64,000 nt of DNA from Lama guanicoe. Lineage: Eukaryota. A program made the translations under genes and the position numbers. Where the stretch lies: positions 10,254,689 to 10,318,688 of the forward strand of contig MU056333.1 in assembly GCA_013239625.1 (NCBI GenBank). Direction: 5' to 3'. Position 1 is the first letter of the stretch. Each line of letters begins with the position of its first letter. The notes below the pieces were generated by a model. That model made no database searches. It was given only the letters and a program-made list of their open reading frames with translations, and was not told the origin of the DNA. Positions 48,400 through 60,971 of the stretch are shown piece after piece.

Positions 48400-49480
48400 T
48401 CAACTGTCAACTCCATTTTACCTCAACAATGGACCTTGGTAGCACCCAAAGCTGTTTGAACTCTGCTTTCTTAAACTCCAGTATTCCCAGTATTCTACTC
48501 TTAGGGTAAAATCCTTTGTCCTTCTAGCTCTCTCTCTACCTTGCTTCTATCACATATGCTCTGTAAACCCTCTAAGACCTCCCATCGTCAGCCTTCTGTT
48601 TTCTCCCTGGTTTGTCACTTTCTTCTTTCCAATCTTCTCATCTTTCACTCTTATCCATACTAGTCCTTACAGCCCAGCTCTACAAACTCTCCATTCACAG
48701 CATATTCTACTCCTTTGCCCCACTCTCTTTTTGTTATACTTGTTCTGCAACCTCCAACCATATATCAATCTAACCAGCTGCCTTCTCTTCTCTACTTCTA
48801 CTGCTAGCAAGCAGCATTGAAAAACTCATGCAACCTTATGCATTGGTACCACTCCTGATTTATGTTCTCCAATATCAACTGTGCTCTTAAACCTGCCCTG
48901 CCATCTTTGAAAAAAAAACCATTTTAGCTTCCTCTCCCATTCCCTGATGCCAACTCTACTTCTCTCCCCTACACTCATATCATTCCCATCTTCCTTGAAC
49001 AAGCCAAGATAACTTGTCTCCTTGGTGTGTGCTGTTCCTTTGTCATAAACACTCTTCCACCAGGTCCTTGAATGGCTGGAAACACTTTGTCATTCAGGTC
49101 TCAGTTCAAATGTCACCTCATCAGAGAGGCCTCCCCTATTCATCCCCGTCTACTGTTACTACCTTCCTCCCATTGCCACATTACCCTGATTTATTTTCTT
49201 AATTTCTTTATCTGTGCTATCTGTCTGGAAAAGTCTTACTCACGCTTCTAAAACCCTTTACTAGCTAAAGGTAGAGACTTGCTTCTCTGTGCTTGCACAG
49301 TACCCTGGGTAGAGCTCTCATATCCTGTACGGAACCCTTACTAGGTAGCTGTTACTTATGGATTACAGGTCTGTGTTCCTCTTCCACATACGAAGCTCCT
49401 TGCAGATAGGTGCTGTGTCTTATTCTTCTTTGGCTTCCTGAAGGTGCCCAGCACCGATCAGGCACTCAATATGTGTGGGA
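48400..49480 (+). mobile_element. L2 fragments
   Basis: CAGGTCTCAGTTCAAATGTCACCTCATCAGAGAGGCCT and tail GTGCCCAGCAC...GGCACTCAATA. Confidence 0.65.
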
Positions 49481-50629
49481 GAGAGGTAGAGAAACCCATT
49501 ATCTACATAGCAGGGGATCCACCCATCATGAATGAGGATTAGCAATTACTGGGAAAAAAACTGTGGAAACTGTAATACAAACTAAACCCTACTAGGCATT
49601 ATTTTTTATTATTTTTAAAATTTTTTGGGGGGGAGGAAATAAGGGGAAAGTGTCTGAACATAGGGAACTAGATAAGTAAACTATGGCTCATCTACTCATT
49701 GTAATTTCATGTTGCTATTAAGATGTCTGACGTCCAACAAGAGATAATGACATGGGATGTGCTTATGCTATGATGATAAGGAAAACGTTAACACCTGTAC
49801 ATAGAAAGCTTGAAAGAAATGAATGTAATGCTGAGTTGAGTTTTCTTTATGCATGAGAAACATATGCATAAAGTTTTCTTTTTTCCTGAATTCTAATTTT
49901 CTCTGTATATACATTGTTTTTAAACTGAAATAAGGCCTAATATTTTATCTCTTTCTTTAGTCACATTCTTTCTTTAGTTCATATAATTTCAAATATTAAT
50001 TTATTAATATGCTGGAAACAGCTGAAGAATGCAGAGTGATTTATCCAGCCCCCCTCAACAAATTAATGATGGAAAAAGAAACATTACGGTAATCCTAAAG
50101 TGACATTGGGGAACAACACTAATTTCCTGTAGGCTCGGTACCAACCATATTGTATTTCAGACAGTTCTATACTAGGTGCTTGGTAATAGGCTAAATAGCA
50201 TAAAAGAGGGGGAGACTACAGGTGAAGTCTCATTTAAATCAAAGTGGGTATAACTCACTTTAAGGAAACAAAATACATGCAAATGAATAAATTTGGCCTT
50301 TTAAATGACAGGATTCACAAGAGAATTAGTTTGAGTTCTAAACTCCCATAATATATTTAAAACATGGCCCTACTCAGGCAATTTATCAGAGAAGATATTT
50401 ACCAAGTGAAAGCCCGACTATGATTCAGACACCAGAACAAAGATCAAATACAACAAATTCCAGAAAGTTCCTTAGAATCACAAAAGGATTTTTAGAACTT
50501 GGACATGCCTTATATTGAACACATCCTTTGGATGAGGAGCTACTCCAACTAGGGACTGAGTTTAAGAATAAATCGTTTAAAGGAAAGTGAAAAGAACAAA
50601 TTTCCATAAAACAGATAAAGGCAGGAGGA

Positions 50630-51050
50630 TGTCTTAGTTTGGATTCCCCCAGAAGTAGGCACTGAGATATATATATATACATATATAATATATATATATA
50701 GGATTCCAGTGCAAGTAGTTGATGTGGGAAGAGATTTCTGGACACTTCAGTAGGGCAGTGGGGAAGCGAGAACAGGAAGGGGAGGGAAGGAAGCCACTTA
50801 AAGGGGTATTACCGAGCAAGCTGCCACCATGGGCCGCTGGAACATCACCCTGCTGGGGGATGCGGGGTGACCAGAGGGAACACACGCATCCCAGTCACCC
50901 TGTCTGAGAAGCGAGGGCAATTTGGATGGCTCTCGCACCCAGATTGCATCTCAGGGCAGAGCGGCTGGTGCTGGCTGTTGGAAGTTGCACCCATGTGTGT
51001 GCAAATGGAGAGGGTTAGGATTGGGAAAGCAAAGCATCTGCGACACGGGG
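50630..51050 (-). mobile_element. Ancient ERVL LTR (LTR16/LTR33-like) with (TA)n at ~50667-50700
   Basis: TGTCTTAGTTTGGATTCCCCCAGAAG...GGATTCCAGTGCAAGTAGTT. Related copies at ~61167-61595 and ~62923-63357. Confidence 0.65.
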
Positions 51051-54000
51051 AGTGAACCAGCTCATCACGGCGTTTTTGTTTGCATTGGTGCTTTTTGAAA
51101 AGTGGTTTTAGTGACTTCCATTTATGGTTGAAACTCCTTAAAGCTGACTTTCTGCCTACCACATCCTTCTGTATGCACTTTGGTCTTTCCTTCCCCAGGG
51201 TGCTCGGGCTTCCGCCCAAGCTGCTGCTGACACATCCTTCTCTGCCTACTCTGCCTGTCTTCCTGGAGATGGTGCCCGGGTAACTGCAGGCTGAGGGCTT
51301 CAGTGCCCAAGCAGCTCATTCTGGTCGGACCTGTTGTCTGTTTTTGGTAGATGTGGTTGCAGACAGTAGAAAACACAGCCTGCACTGCTATTACAGCAAA
51401 AGACTTGGCATCTTGAAAGCATTTTTCTGCAAACAACCTGATGCAGTTTTATACTGGAACATGTTCCCCAGGCAAGGAACAAAAGACCAAATGCGCTTGT
51501 CACTCTAGAAGGGCAACTGGCAATTTGCATTCCAAGAGGGCTGGGTCCCCTTCTTTCCTCCTCCCCTCAACCTCTGCACCTTCCCTTCAGATCAAGCCCT
51601 CGTTCTAAGCAATTTTCAAAGTCCGCAGAAGGATCGCACAGTTCGTCAAGCGCGGTTTATGGCATGAAAACACTTGGCAGGGGAAACAATAACAAAGTCA
51701 AAGCCACCTTGCCCTTTCCATGTGGTTATGTAATAAAAGGGCAAGCTGCTGTCTCACACAGAGCTGGGAGAGGGCTGGGCAGACGGCTCTGCACACCCGG
51801 CGGTGCCCTTCGTGCCTTGGAGGGTGGAGAAGGGAGCTCTCCCCTCCGTCCCATTGCAGGGAACTAGGGCTGCCCTGATGACACATTAATGTGGATTTTA
51901 AAAGGTTCCCATCCCTTCCTCTGGGAGCAAACAGCCCTGTGCTGGGCCCACAGTTTAGCAAGTGGGGCTTGGGCTGGATTTCAACTCTGGGTTGGCACCC
52001 TCGGCCAGGTGTCTGAGTGCAGAGCACAGACCCCACATGCACAGGGGTCCCCGTCCAGAGTGGGAACTCTCCCAGGCCTGACAGAGACCACTCCACCCCA
52101 GGTCAGAGCTACAGTTTACTCTTTATCTCACTTCCCTTTAAGTTCAAGATCCTGAGAGATTATTCCCTCCACTTCAGAGGACAGCTCCTTACTCCGGACA
52201 CAACTTGGGTTCTCTAGAAGTTAGTTACCTGGGAAGCCCTAGCTCTCCATGTCTGCTAGTTGATTTACCTAGATCATTTGGCCTGCTGTATCAGCATCGC
52301 CCCCCGCCAAGGCTACACTGCCCTTTCCTCACAAAGTGGCATCACTTTGTGGCAAGGTGTTTGGGGAGACATGTTTTATTTTAAGGTTAAACAAACATAA
52401 AAAAACCTAAAGGCCGAGGAATGCTCAGATTTGCATAAATGGGAGGAGATAAATTTGCATAAGAAGGCCAGGTGCCTCCTGGGAGGAAAGTAACCAAGAG
52501 GCCAGAGCAGATTCTCTTCCCAAAGCTGTGGTAGAGACCAGATGACTCTAAGGAAGGGCCACAGGCAAGAGAAAGGACACAGGGGGAGTGGGGTTGACCC
52601 TGCACCAGATAGAGGTGGAAAGAAAGCAGGCTCTGGGTCCAGGACACAGCAGACACCAGATGCGGGCTAACTCGGTACTCCTGACAGCAAACCCCCACCC
52701 TCAGGAAGGGGTTGTGTAAGCAAACCGGCAAGTTGCCCTTGCAGCTGCTGGCTCCAGGGTCCCGACCTCAGACGTGATCTGGGGATTCAGGAAGCCACTG
52801 CTGGAACCATTGGCTTCAGAGGCACACCAGACCTATTGTAAGCTGCACCTGCAAAACAGAAGCTTCCCACCAGGCCTCATTCTCCACTTAAAAGAGGGCC
52901 GAATTTGTCTCACGTGACCGCATCTGATTGGTGGAACTGAAGTCACCCAGCTGCCAGGGAGTCTGGGAAATGTAGTTTTAGATGTGTAGGCTCTGCTATA
53001 CATAAGGCACACTGAAAGGAGGTTGAAATAGATGCTGAGTAATCATTTCCCTCACGGTACCTCCGTTTGAAAGCCTTTAGTGGCTCTCCATGTGGATAGC
53101 ACTGTTGAAGGGACTGGGTCCAGGATACAGCAGACTCCAGTAATGATTCCCAAAATGTAGACTACAGACCCTGGGGAGACCGGAGACTGGGAGACGCCAC
53201 AAGATGGTCTTAAACCTCCTTGCACTCCAGTCATCCTGTGGACTGGGAGGGAAAAGAAACCCACTATGATTCTCATATATGTGTTCACTTATTTTTCAAA
53301 CACGAGGGAATTATGATTCAGAAAATACGAATCACTTAAAAACCTTCCTTACAAACACGTTTCTCACTTGCAGACCCCACTCCTCTGCCTGTAGCGGGAA
53401 TACCATCTCCCTCCTCTCTTGCCAATTCTTATTCATCATTTGAGACTCAGCCTGGGCTACCACCTCCCCTGACAGGGGAGGGGATGCTCTCTGACTACCT
53501 CAGGCTGGAGTAGATAATTCTCATCTGTTCTCTCGTAATATCCTGAGAAGCAATAGTAATGATAATAAAATTAGAGTGAACTTCTATTGGTGTCCTTTGT
53601 GTCAGGCTCCATGAGGTAGAGGTATGTCCTCTTATTATCCCATTCTACAGACGAGGACATGGGGGCACAGACTGGTTGCATGACCTGCCTAAAGTCACTG
53701 ATTAGAGGCAGCAGTGACTCTGTCACAGGCAGCAGTCTGTCTTCAGAGACCATGCCGTTGGCCAATATTCTCATTTCCTCTCACCCTATCTACTGTTACA
53801 CTTCCCACCCCGCTATATTTATTTATCTATCCATCCATCTATATCTTAATCTATGCATCTGCCTCCTCCACAAATAACCAATGTCTTTCTATGATGTTAA
53901 AATGGGGAAAAAAATGAAAAGTTTTCCTCTTTTCCTAACACATTGAAAATTTCAGGATGAGGGTCCAAATTCCTGGATCCTTCCTTTTCTCATCCTCCAC

Positions 54001-55221
54001 TGTCTGTTAACACAGGGCCTATTTTCTCCTTCAGCAGAGAATATCAGACTAAATTACAGAGCAGGCTACAAAATTACTACCCTCAGCTCCCTTCTTTGCC
54101 TGTTTTCTCCAAAATAGATTCTTTCTGTTGGTTGTATAAATATAAGACAGGACCCACCACTGCTTTGAAATCACGTGGGAAAGGGTATCATCAGCTCTGA
54201 GCTCTGTTGGAGCAGATCTCCTAGCCAGGGTCCACTGAGCACTCCTTGGGAAAGGATGGGGTTCCTAGGCACTCCAGCCCATGCATCAGCATTCTCAGGC
54301 AAACATCTAGGAGAGTGAAACTGGGGAGACCGTGACACTTCCTGGGCATCAGGAGGCATTTCCATATCTGCACTCTTGCCTTCACTCTTTATTACCCTTT
54401 CTGTCTAACACAGATGATACTTGCCGGTGTTTCCTGTGCCTCAGTACCTGGGAGGCTCTGCTTACACTTGCCGAGAACCCCACCGGGCACGCTAGCTGGT
54501 CATTCCCTCTACCAGAGGTCAGCCACATGCCTCTCACATCCTGGAAGCCCCAACTTATCCCAGACTCATCTCCCTTCTTGCTTTGCTCAAACTCCTTTTT
54601 CTTCCTTTTGTCTGATTTTTGCTCAGCCCATTGGTTTTGGCTCATAAACCAGGTATTTCCTTTTCCCTCTTGAAGGTAACTTATAAAAGAAAACTTTCTT
54701 TAATCATCTTTCGAGTATGCTGTCTGGGCAAGTCCCCCTTGCCTGCAGAGTACCGTTCTAAAGGCTCATGTCCTCTGCAGGAAACAGGGAGCAATTCAGA
54801 TGAATCAGGCATGATGGCTTTGTAAATCTCCCTTGTGTAATTTACACATCTGAAAGCATCATTTCTTCCAGTGAGCACCCTACTGTATCAAGGCACGTCA
54901 CCTGCAGGAATGATAGGAAAGCACACCAAATATGCTTCAGGAGCGACTTTTGTAACTCATTTTTTTTAAAGACATCTGAATTCCCATTCAGGCTAAATGA
55001 CCTGGTATATCCACAACCATCTTAGAGAACATCAGTTCAATGTACAGAGGGAGTGGGATGTTGTCAAAACAGTGTTGCACAAAACCTCTAAGGAAAGCCC
55101 CCTCTCCAAAGTTGTGAATTACAAAAATATGATGGAGTCAATGAGATGCGGCATTTAATCCTCAGCTTAAGTGGACACCAAGCAGCACACTCACAAAAGC
55201 CAAAGAGGATTTGAGTGTAGA

Positions 55222-55400
55222 GCATTGGTTCCCAGCCTTGGCTGCTCTTTGGAATCACTTGGATGTTTTAAAAAAATCTCCGTGCTCAGGCCATACCCTA
55301 AGCCAATTAAATCAGAATCTCTGGGAGTGGGTCCCAGGTGCCATTACATTTTAAAGCTCCCCAGGGATTCCACTATGCAGCCAAGTTTACGATCCACTAG
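55222..55400. mobile_element. MER5A hAT MITE
   Basis: GGAATCACTTGG...AATTAAATCAGAATCTCTGGGAGTGGG...AAGCTCCCCAGGGATTC. Confidence 0.8.
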
Positions 55401-56953
55401 TTGCGAACATCTGGCCCTGGTTCACAACTGCTTAGGCCCTCCTTACACGCATTGTCAGGTGTGTAGGGTGGGGAAGAGGGGACCACATGCCTGGTCAGGC
55501 TGCTCACTGATGCCAGCTCAACTCACCAGCTGCCCACTCAGCTCCTGAAGCTACTCAAAAAGTGGAAACTCAAGGTCAAGGTGATGTTCAGGGGAGGATT
55601 AAGGTTACCAGATACCAGGGCGTTGAAAGCAGGAGAGACAAGGTGCAAACAGAACAGACAGACATGAGGGCACGTTAAGTGGCAATCTGTGAAGTCTTAA
55701 CTGGCTCTGCTCCATGGTGGGGGTGGGGGGTGCTGGATTTGCCAATTTGATGTACTGCCACTTGTTATTAATTGAAAAAGAAAAAAGACCTGGAAGGCAG
55801 GAGGCATGATGGGGGCCTCTGAACTGCTGGTCATGTTCTGTTTCTTCAGCTGGATGTTGGTTACACAGGTGTGTTGTTTGTGAAATATTTCCACCTGTAC
55901 ACATACGATAGGGGCACTTTTATACATGTACATCATGCTTTGGTAAAAAGTTTTAAAAAGAGAGAGACCTTACACTGATCATTGGAAGAGTCACAGATGC
56001 TGTCAAAAATAGAAAACCCACCAGCCTGTTTGTAGCATTGAGTTTGATAACAGCACTATATTGGAAACCATTCAAATAGTAAGGACTTGGTTGGATAAAT
56101 TAAGGTTCCATCATACAATGAAATACTATGTAGCTACTAAAACTTTACGTCGTAGGAGACTATGCCATAACATGGAAAAAACTGCTTACAATCTATTTTA
56201 GTTTTTCAAAAAGAGGGTGGATTATAAAACGTTGTTATATATGTGTTACATATTATGCATTTTTCTGTGCACACTAGTTTTTGAGGTTAAATAAATACGT
56301 TAGGTATATTTGAGATACAAAGTCAAACAGAAAGAGAGTGTGCAGCTAGGACCTGGACTCAAGTCTCAGCTCAGCTTATCTACTAATAATTGTTTGCCTG
56401 TGGCCAACTTGCTCAACTCTGGGAAAACAGATTCACACACCACACAGTTCACCCATTTCAAGTGTACAAGTTAATGTCTTTTAGGATATTCAAGGAGTTG
56501 TGCAACTATTAGCACAATCTGACTGGAGAACATTTTCATCACCCTGTACCCATTTTCAGTCACTCCTCACNNNNNNNNNNNNNNNNNNNNNNNNNNNNNN
56601 NNNNNNNNNNNNNNNNNNNNNNNNNNNNNNNNNNNNNNNNNNNNNNNNNNNNNNNNNNNNNNNNNNNNNNNNNNNNNNNNNNNNNNNNNNNNNNNNNNNN
56701 NNNNNNNNNNNNNNNNNNNNNNNTCCATGTTATAGCATTGATCAGAACTTCACTCCTTTTTATTGCCAAATAATATTCTGTTGTGGAGATACACCATATT
56801 TTGCTTATCTAGTCATCAATTGGTGGATATTTGGGTTGTTTCTATGTTTTGGCTATTATGAATAATGCCACTTTAAATATTCATGTAGAAGTTTTTGTGT
56901 GGATGCGCATTTTCATCTCTCTTGGGTATATATCTAGGAGTGGAATTTCTGGG

Positions 56954-57683
56954 TGTGATAGAATACAAAAATATATTTAGTCTTTGCCCACAGTTCCTGG
57001 CAGAGTTGTTAAAACCATTGGAATTTCCTGAGTGGTGGTGGTGGTGCGTTACTGTTGTCACTATGCATAACCAGCCCCTTTCAATCACACCTGAGTTTAT
57101 GCTAGTGGGGCGACTTGGGGTGCGACCCCTAGATAACTATAAGATGGCGCTGATCACCAGAAAGACCAAGTGATGAGAGGGTGAGAACTTTCTGCCCCAC
57201 CCACTAATCTCTGGGGAGAGGAGGTGGTGCTAGAGATGGAACTCTATAAAAAGTCTTCAACAATGAGATTTGGAGTTTCCAGGCTGGTGAACTCATGGAC
57301 TTCCTGGGAGAGTGGTGTGACTGGAAAAAGCATGGAAGTTCCACATTCCTTCCTCTCTCCATACCTTGCCCTGTGCATCTCTTCCATCGGGCTATTTCTG
57401 AGTTGTAGCCTTTATAATAAACCTGTAAATGTAAGTAAAGTATTTCCCTGAGGTCTGTGAGCCATTCTAGCAAACTACTGAATCTGAGGAGGGGGTCTGG
57501 GAACCTTTGATTTATAGCCAGAAGTACAAGTGGCCCAGGACTTGCAACTGGCATCTGAAGTGGGAGCATTTTTGTGGGACTGAACCCTTAAATCTGTGGA
57601 TTCTGTCGCTAACTCCAGGTAGCAGTGTCTGAATCAAATTGAATTGTTAGACATCCAACTGGTATCTGGAGATTGGTGTCAGA
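56954..57683 (+). mobile_element. MER21-like LTR inserted in an antisense L1MB (~56432-58210)
   Basis: TGTGATAGAAT...TCTTTGCCCACAGTTCCTGGCAGAG...CCTTGCCCTGTGCATCTCTTCCAT...GGAGATTGGTGTCAGA. Confidence 0.8.
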
Positions 57684-58339
57684 GTACAATCCAAACTAGG
57701 TCATACATTTTGGGGAACTGCCAAACTGCTTTCCAAAGCAGCTGCCCCATTTCACATTTCTTCCAGCANNNNNNNNNNNNNNNNNNNNNNNNNNNNNNNN
57801 NNNNNNNNNNNNNNNNNNNNNNNNNNNNNNNNNNNNNNNNNNNNNNNNNNNNNNNNNNNNNNNNNNNNNNNNNNNNNNNNNNNNNNNNNNNNNNNNNNNN
57901 NNNNNNNNNNNNNNNNNNNNNNNNNNNNNNNNNNNNNNNNNNNNNNNNNNNNNNNNNNNNNNNNNNNNNNNNNNNNNNNNNNNNNNNNNNNNNNNNNNNN
58001 NNNNNNNNNNNNNNNNNNNNNNNNNNNNNNNNNNNNNATCCAAGTCCCTTAACAGATATATGATTTGTAAATACTTTCTCCCATTCTATGGGTTAGTTTT
58101 TCACTTTCTTGATCGTGTCCTTTGAAGCACAAACATTTTTAATTTTGATGAAATCCAATTTATCAAGTTTTTTCTTTTGTCACTTGTACTTTTGGTACTA
58201 TGTTTAAGGAGACTTTCGGGAACCACATCTTTTGATCTTCACATTCTTGGTGTCAAGCACAGAGCCTGGCATATAGCAGGCATACAGTGTTTGTGAACTG
58301 GGATGACATATCTTTATCAGAACTTGGGAATTTATTGAG

Positions 58340-58797
58340 CTGTATTATTTATCTATTACAGTGTAATAAATGACCTTAATTTAGCACTTTAAAACCACAA
58401 ACATTTTATTTTGCTTATGATTCAACGAGTTAGTTGGGCAGTCCTTCTGATCTGGACAGGCTTATGTGTCTGTGTTCAGCTTATAGTTTGGCAGGTGGTT
58501 GAATGATCTAGGATGGCCTCACTCACATGTCTGGTGAATGGTAGACTGTCGGATGGGGTGCCTTTGTTCTCTGTGTAGCCTTTCACCCACTAGCAGGCTA
58601 GCTCATGGTCATGTTAGAGTTCCAATTCTAAGCCCCAACACCTAAGCACTTTCCAAGTCTCTGCTTGTATCATATTTGCTCATGTCCCATTGACCAAAGC
58701 TATTTACATAGCCAAGCCTAGATTTGAGAGCTGGAGAAATAGACTCCAGCTCTTATGAGAAGGGAAGAATTTGTGGCCATTTCTGCAATTTACCACA
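58340..58797 (-). mobile_element. MLT1-type LTR
   Basis: GATGGCCTCACTCACATGTCTGG...GTCCCATTGACCAAAGC...GCAATTTACCACA. Confidence 0.72.
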
Positions 58798-58949
58798 AGC
58801 ATCCTTGATGCTCCTACATCATTAGGCTCTTATGGAGGATGTAAAAGAAGATCCTCTCCTCCTTTCAAGGAGTCTACATGTCACTGTGGGCATTCATTCA
58901 TTCAACCAGTGTTTACTGGAAATGTGTTTTTGTAATTTCAAAGTAGGTT

Positions 58950-59379
58950 TTCATCAGTCAGGGTTCAACCAGAGTCATCTAAACAATAGGAGACATATAT
59001 TAAGGGATTTGGTGCAGGGAATTACCTTGTGCAGTTATGGGGCTGGCTAGGCAAGTCTGAAATCCACAGGGCAGGCCCTCAGGAATAGCAGGCTGGAACT
59101 CCCGGGCATGGGCTAAAGCTGCAGACTGCAGGCAGAATTTCTTCTTCCAGGAAACCCCAGCCCTGCTCTTAAGGCCTTTCACCTGATTGAATCAGGCTCA
59201 CCCAGGTTATCTAAACTAATCTCCCTTATTTAAAGTTAACTGAAAAAAAAATAAAGTTAACTGATTATGGACTTTAATCACATCTAGAAAATACCTTCAC
59301 ACAGCACCTAGATTAGCGTTTAATTGAGTAACTGGAGACTGTAATCTAGCCAAGCTGCCACGTAAAACTGAACATCACA
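58950..59379 (-). mobile_element. MLT2 (ERVL) LTR, MLT2D-like
   Basis: AGTCAGGGTTCAACCAGAG...GGCAAGTCTGAAATCC...GCCTTTCACCTGATTGAATCAGG...CTAGCCAAGCTG...CATCACA. Confidence 0.82.
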
Positions 59380-60854
59380 TGAACTGATTGCACAATTCTG
59401 TAAATTTACTTAAAACCACTGTAACGTTAAGTGGGTGAATTATATAGTATGTGAAATATATCTTAATAAAGCTGTAAAAAAAGTGGCTTAATTCTACGCT
59501 GTGGGAGATCTAGTTTAAAAAATAAACGTGGGCTTAAAAAAAAAGTCTTATTATGAATGTGTTTGACTCCGTCTGGGAAGGCAGAACAGAAGCTATAATC
59601 CAGGAGAAATGTGGCCTAACTCACCCTGAGCCTGGCACTATTCTGTCCCCTCAACCAGAAGTCAGAGCAGTTTCTCCATTACTCACTGCCTCTGTGCCAT
59701 GTTTACACTCAGCAGCTGGTCACCAGAGGAGACAGATGCTGGGAGAGTCAAAGAGCACAGTCTGTGCTGAGAGCCCAGGAGGACTCTTGGGCCTGGGGGC
59801 TGGTTTGGGGATGTAGGACCTGGCGCCACTTAATATAAACCATGTCACCTCCCATTAGCTCTCTGTCTTCTCTGCACTCAAGTGGCTCTAGCCTGTGGGC
59901 AGCTGTGAGAGCTCAGCTACAGACAAATAAGTAGGTGGTGGGTTAAAAAAAAAAGTGTGGTAAGGGCTAGCCGTGTTCCTGGGATTTGGAGCAGAGTGAG
60001 ATCATTCTGGGCTGGACTAGCTTGGAGGAAGCCCATGGGAAAGGAAAGAGGAAAAAACATGGATGCAAATGGGACGGGAGGGAGGGCACACGTCAGAACT
60101 GGGAACAAACAAAAGGCTAGAGGAGGGAAGAGGCTGGACTGACTGGAACAGAGTGTCCTGGAGAGGTGGGTGCAGACCAGGGAGGCATTTGAAAAACAGG
60201 CGGAGGAATGGAGACGGGCTGCCAGCAAACCGGTGGCATCCAAACTAGGGGTGTGCACGTCAAGGAGTGGTCAAGATGATCTATTGTAGTGGGGAAGGAA
60301 GGACGGTAACTTCTTCTGGATTTATTTTGCACCCAAAGAATAAGAAAATAAACTCAACTAGAAGGTAACATATGGATTAATGCCACCACCCTCTGTCTGT
60401 CTGGAGGTCAGACAGTCACAAGACAAGAAAATTCAAATTATTTTGAAGACAGAGTGGGAATTCCTCAATTGAAGGAATGATAAGCCTCATCATTTGCTTT
60501 CAGCATTTGGCAACGTCTGGAAGTTTTTTTCCTGCCTGGTTCAAGTGTCTTTACAGATTCTAGTCTCCAGTTATAATGAAACCAAGCCTCATAAAATAAA
60601 TAGGTGACTTGGAAGAATTCCACAAGGGAAACCCTGATTGGAAATAATAGTAATAAGACAAGAGGAATCAGACAACCAGAAAATGTTAGAGTTCCCCTCC
60701 AAACAGTGCAACAAATGATACATTTCTCCTCCTTCTAGAACCTTCTTTGTACATTACAGTTAAAGTCAAAACAGTGATTCATCTATTTAGATCTGAAAAG
60801 AAGTTGTTCAAAGAACTCAGAATTATCCATGTAGCTAGCAAAAATATGGATATA

Positions 60855-60971
60855 GGGAGAGGGTACAGCTCAGTGGTAGAGCACATGCTTAACATGCACA
60901 AGGTCCTGGGTTCAATCCAGTACCTCCATTAGAACAAACAAACAAACAAATCTAATGGCCTACTCCCCCCT
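60855..60971 (+). mobile_element. tRNA-derived SINE (camelid Vic-1 type)
   Basis: Same structure. TSD AAAAATATGG(A/G)TA flanking at ~60840 and ~60972. Confidence 0.85.
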
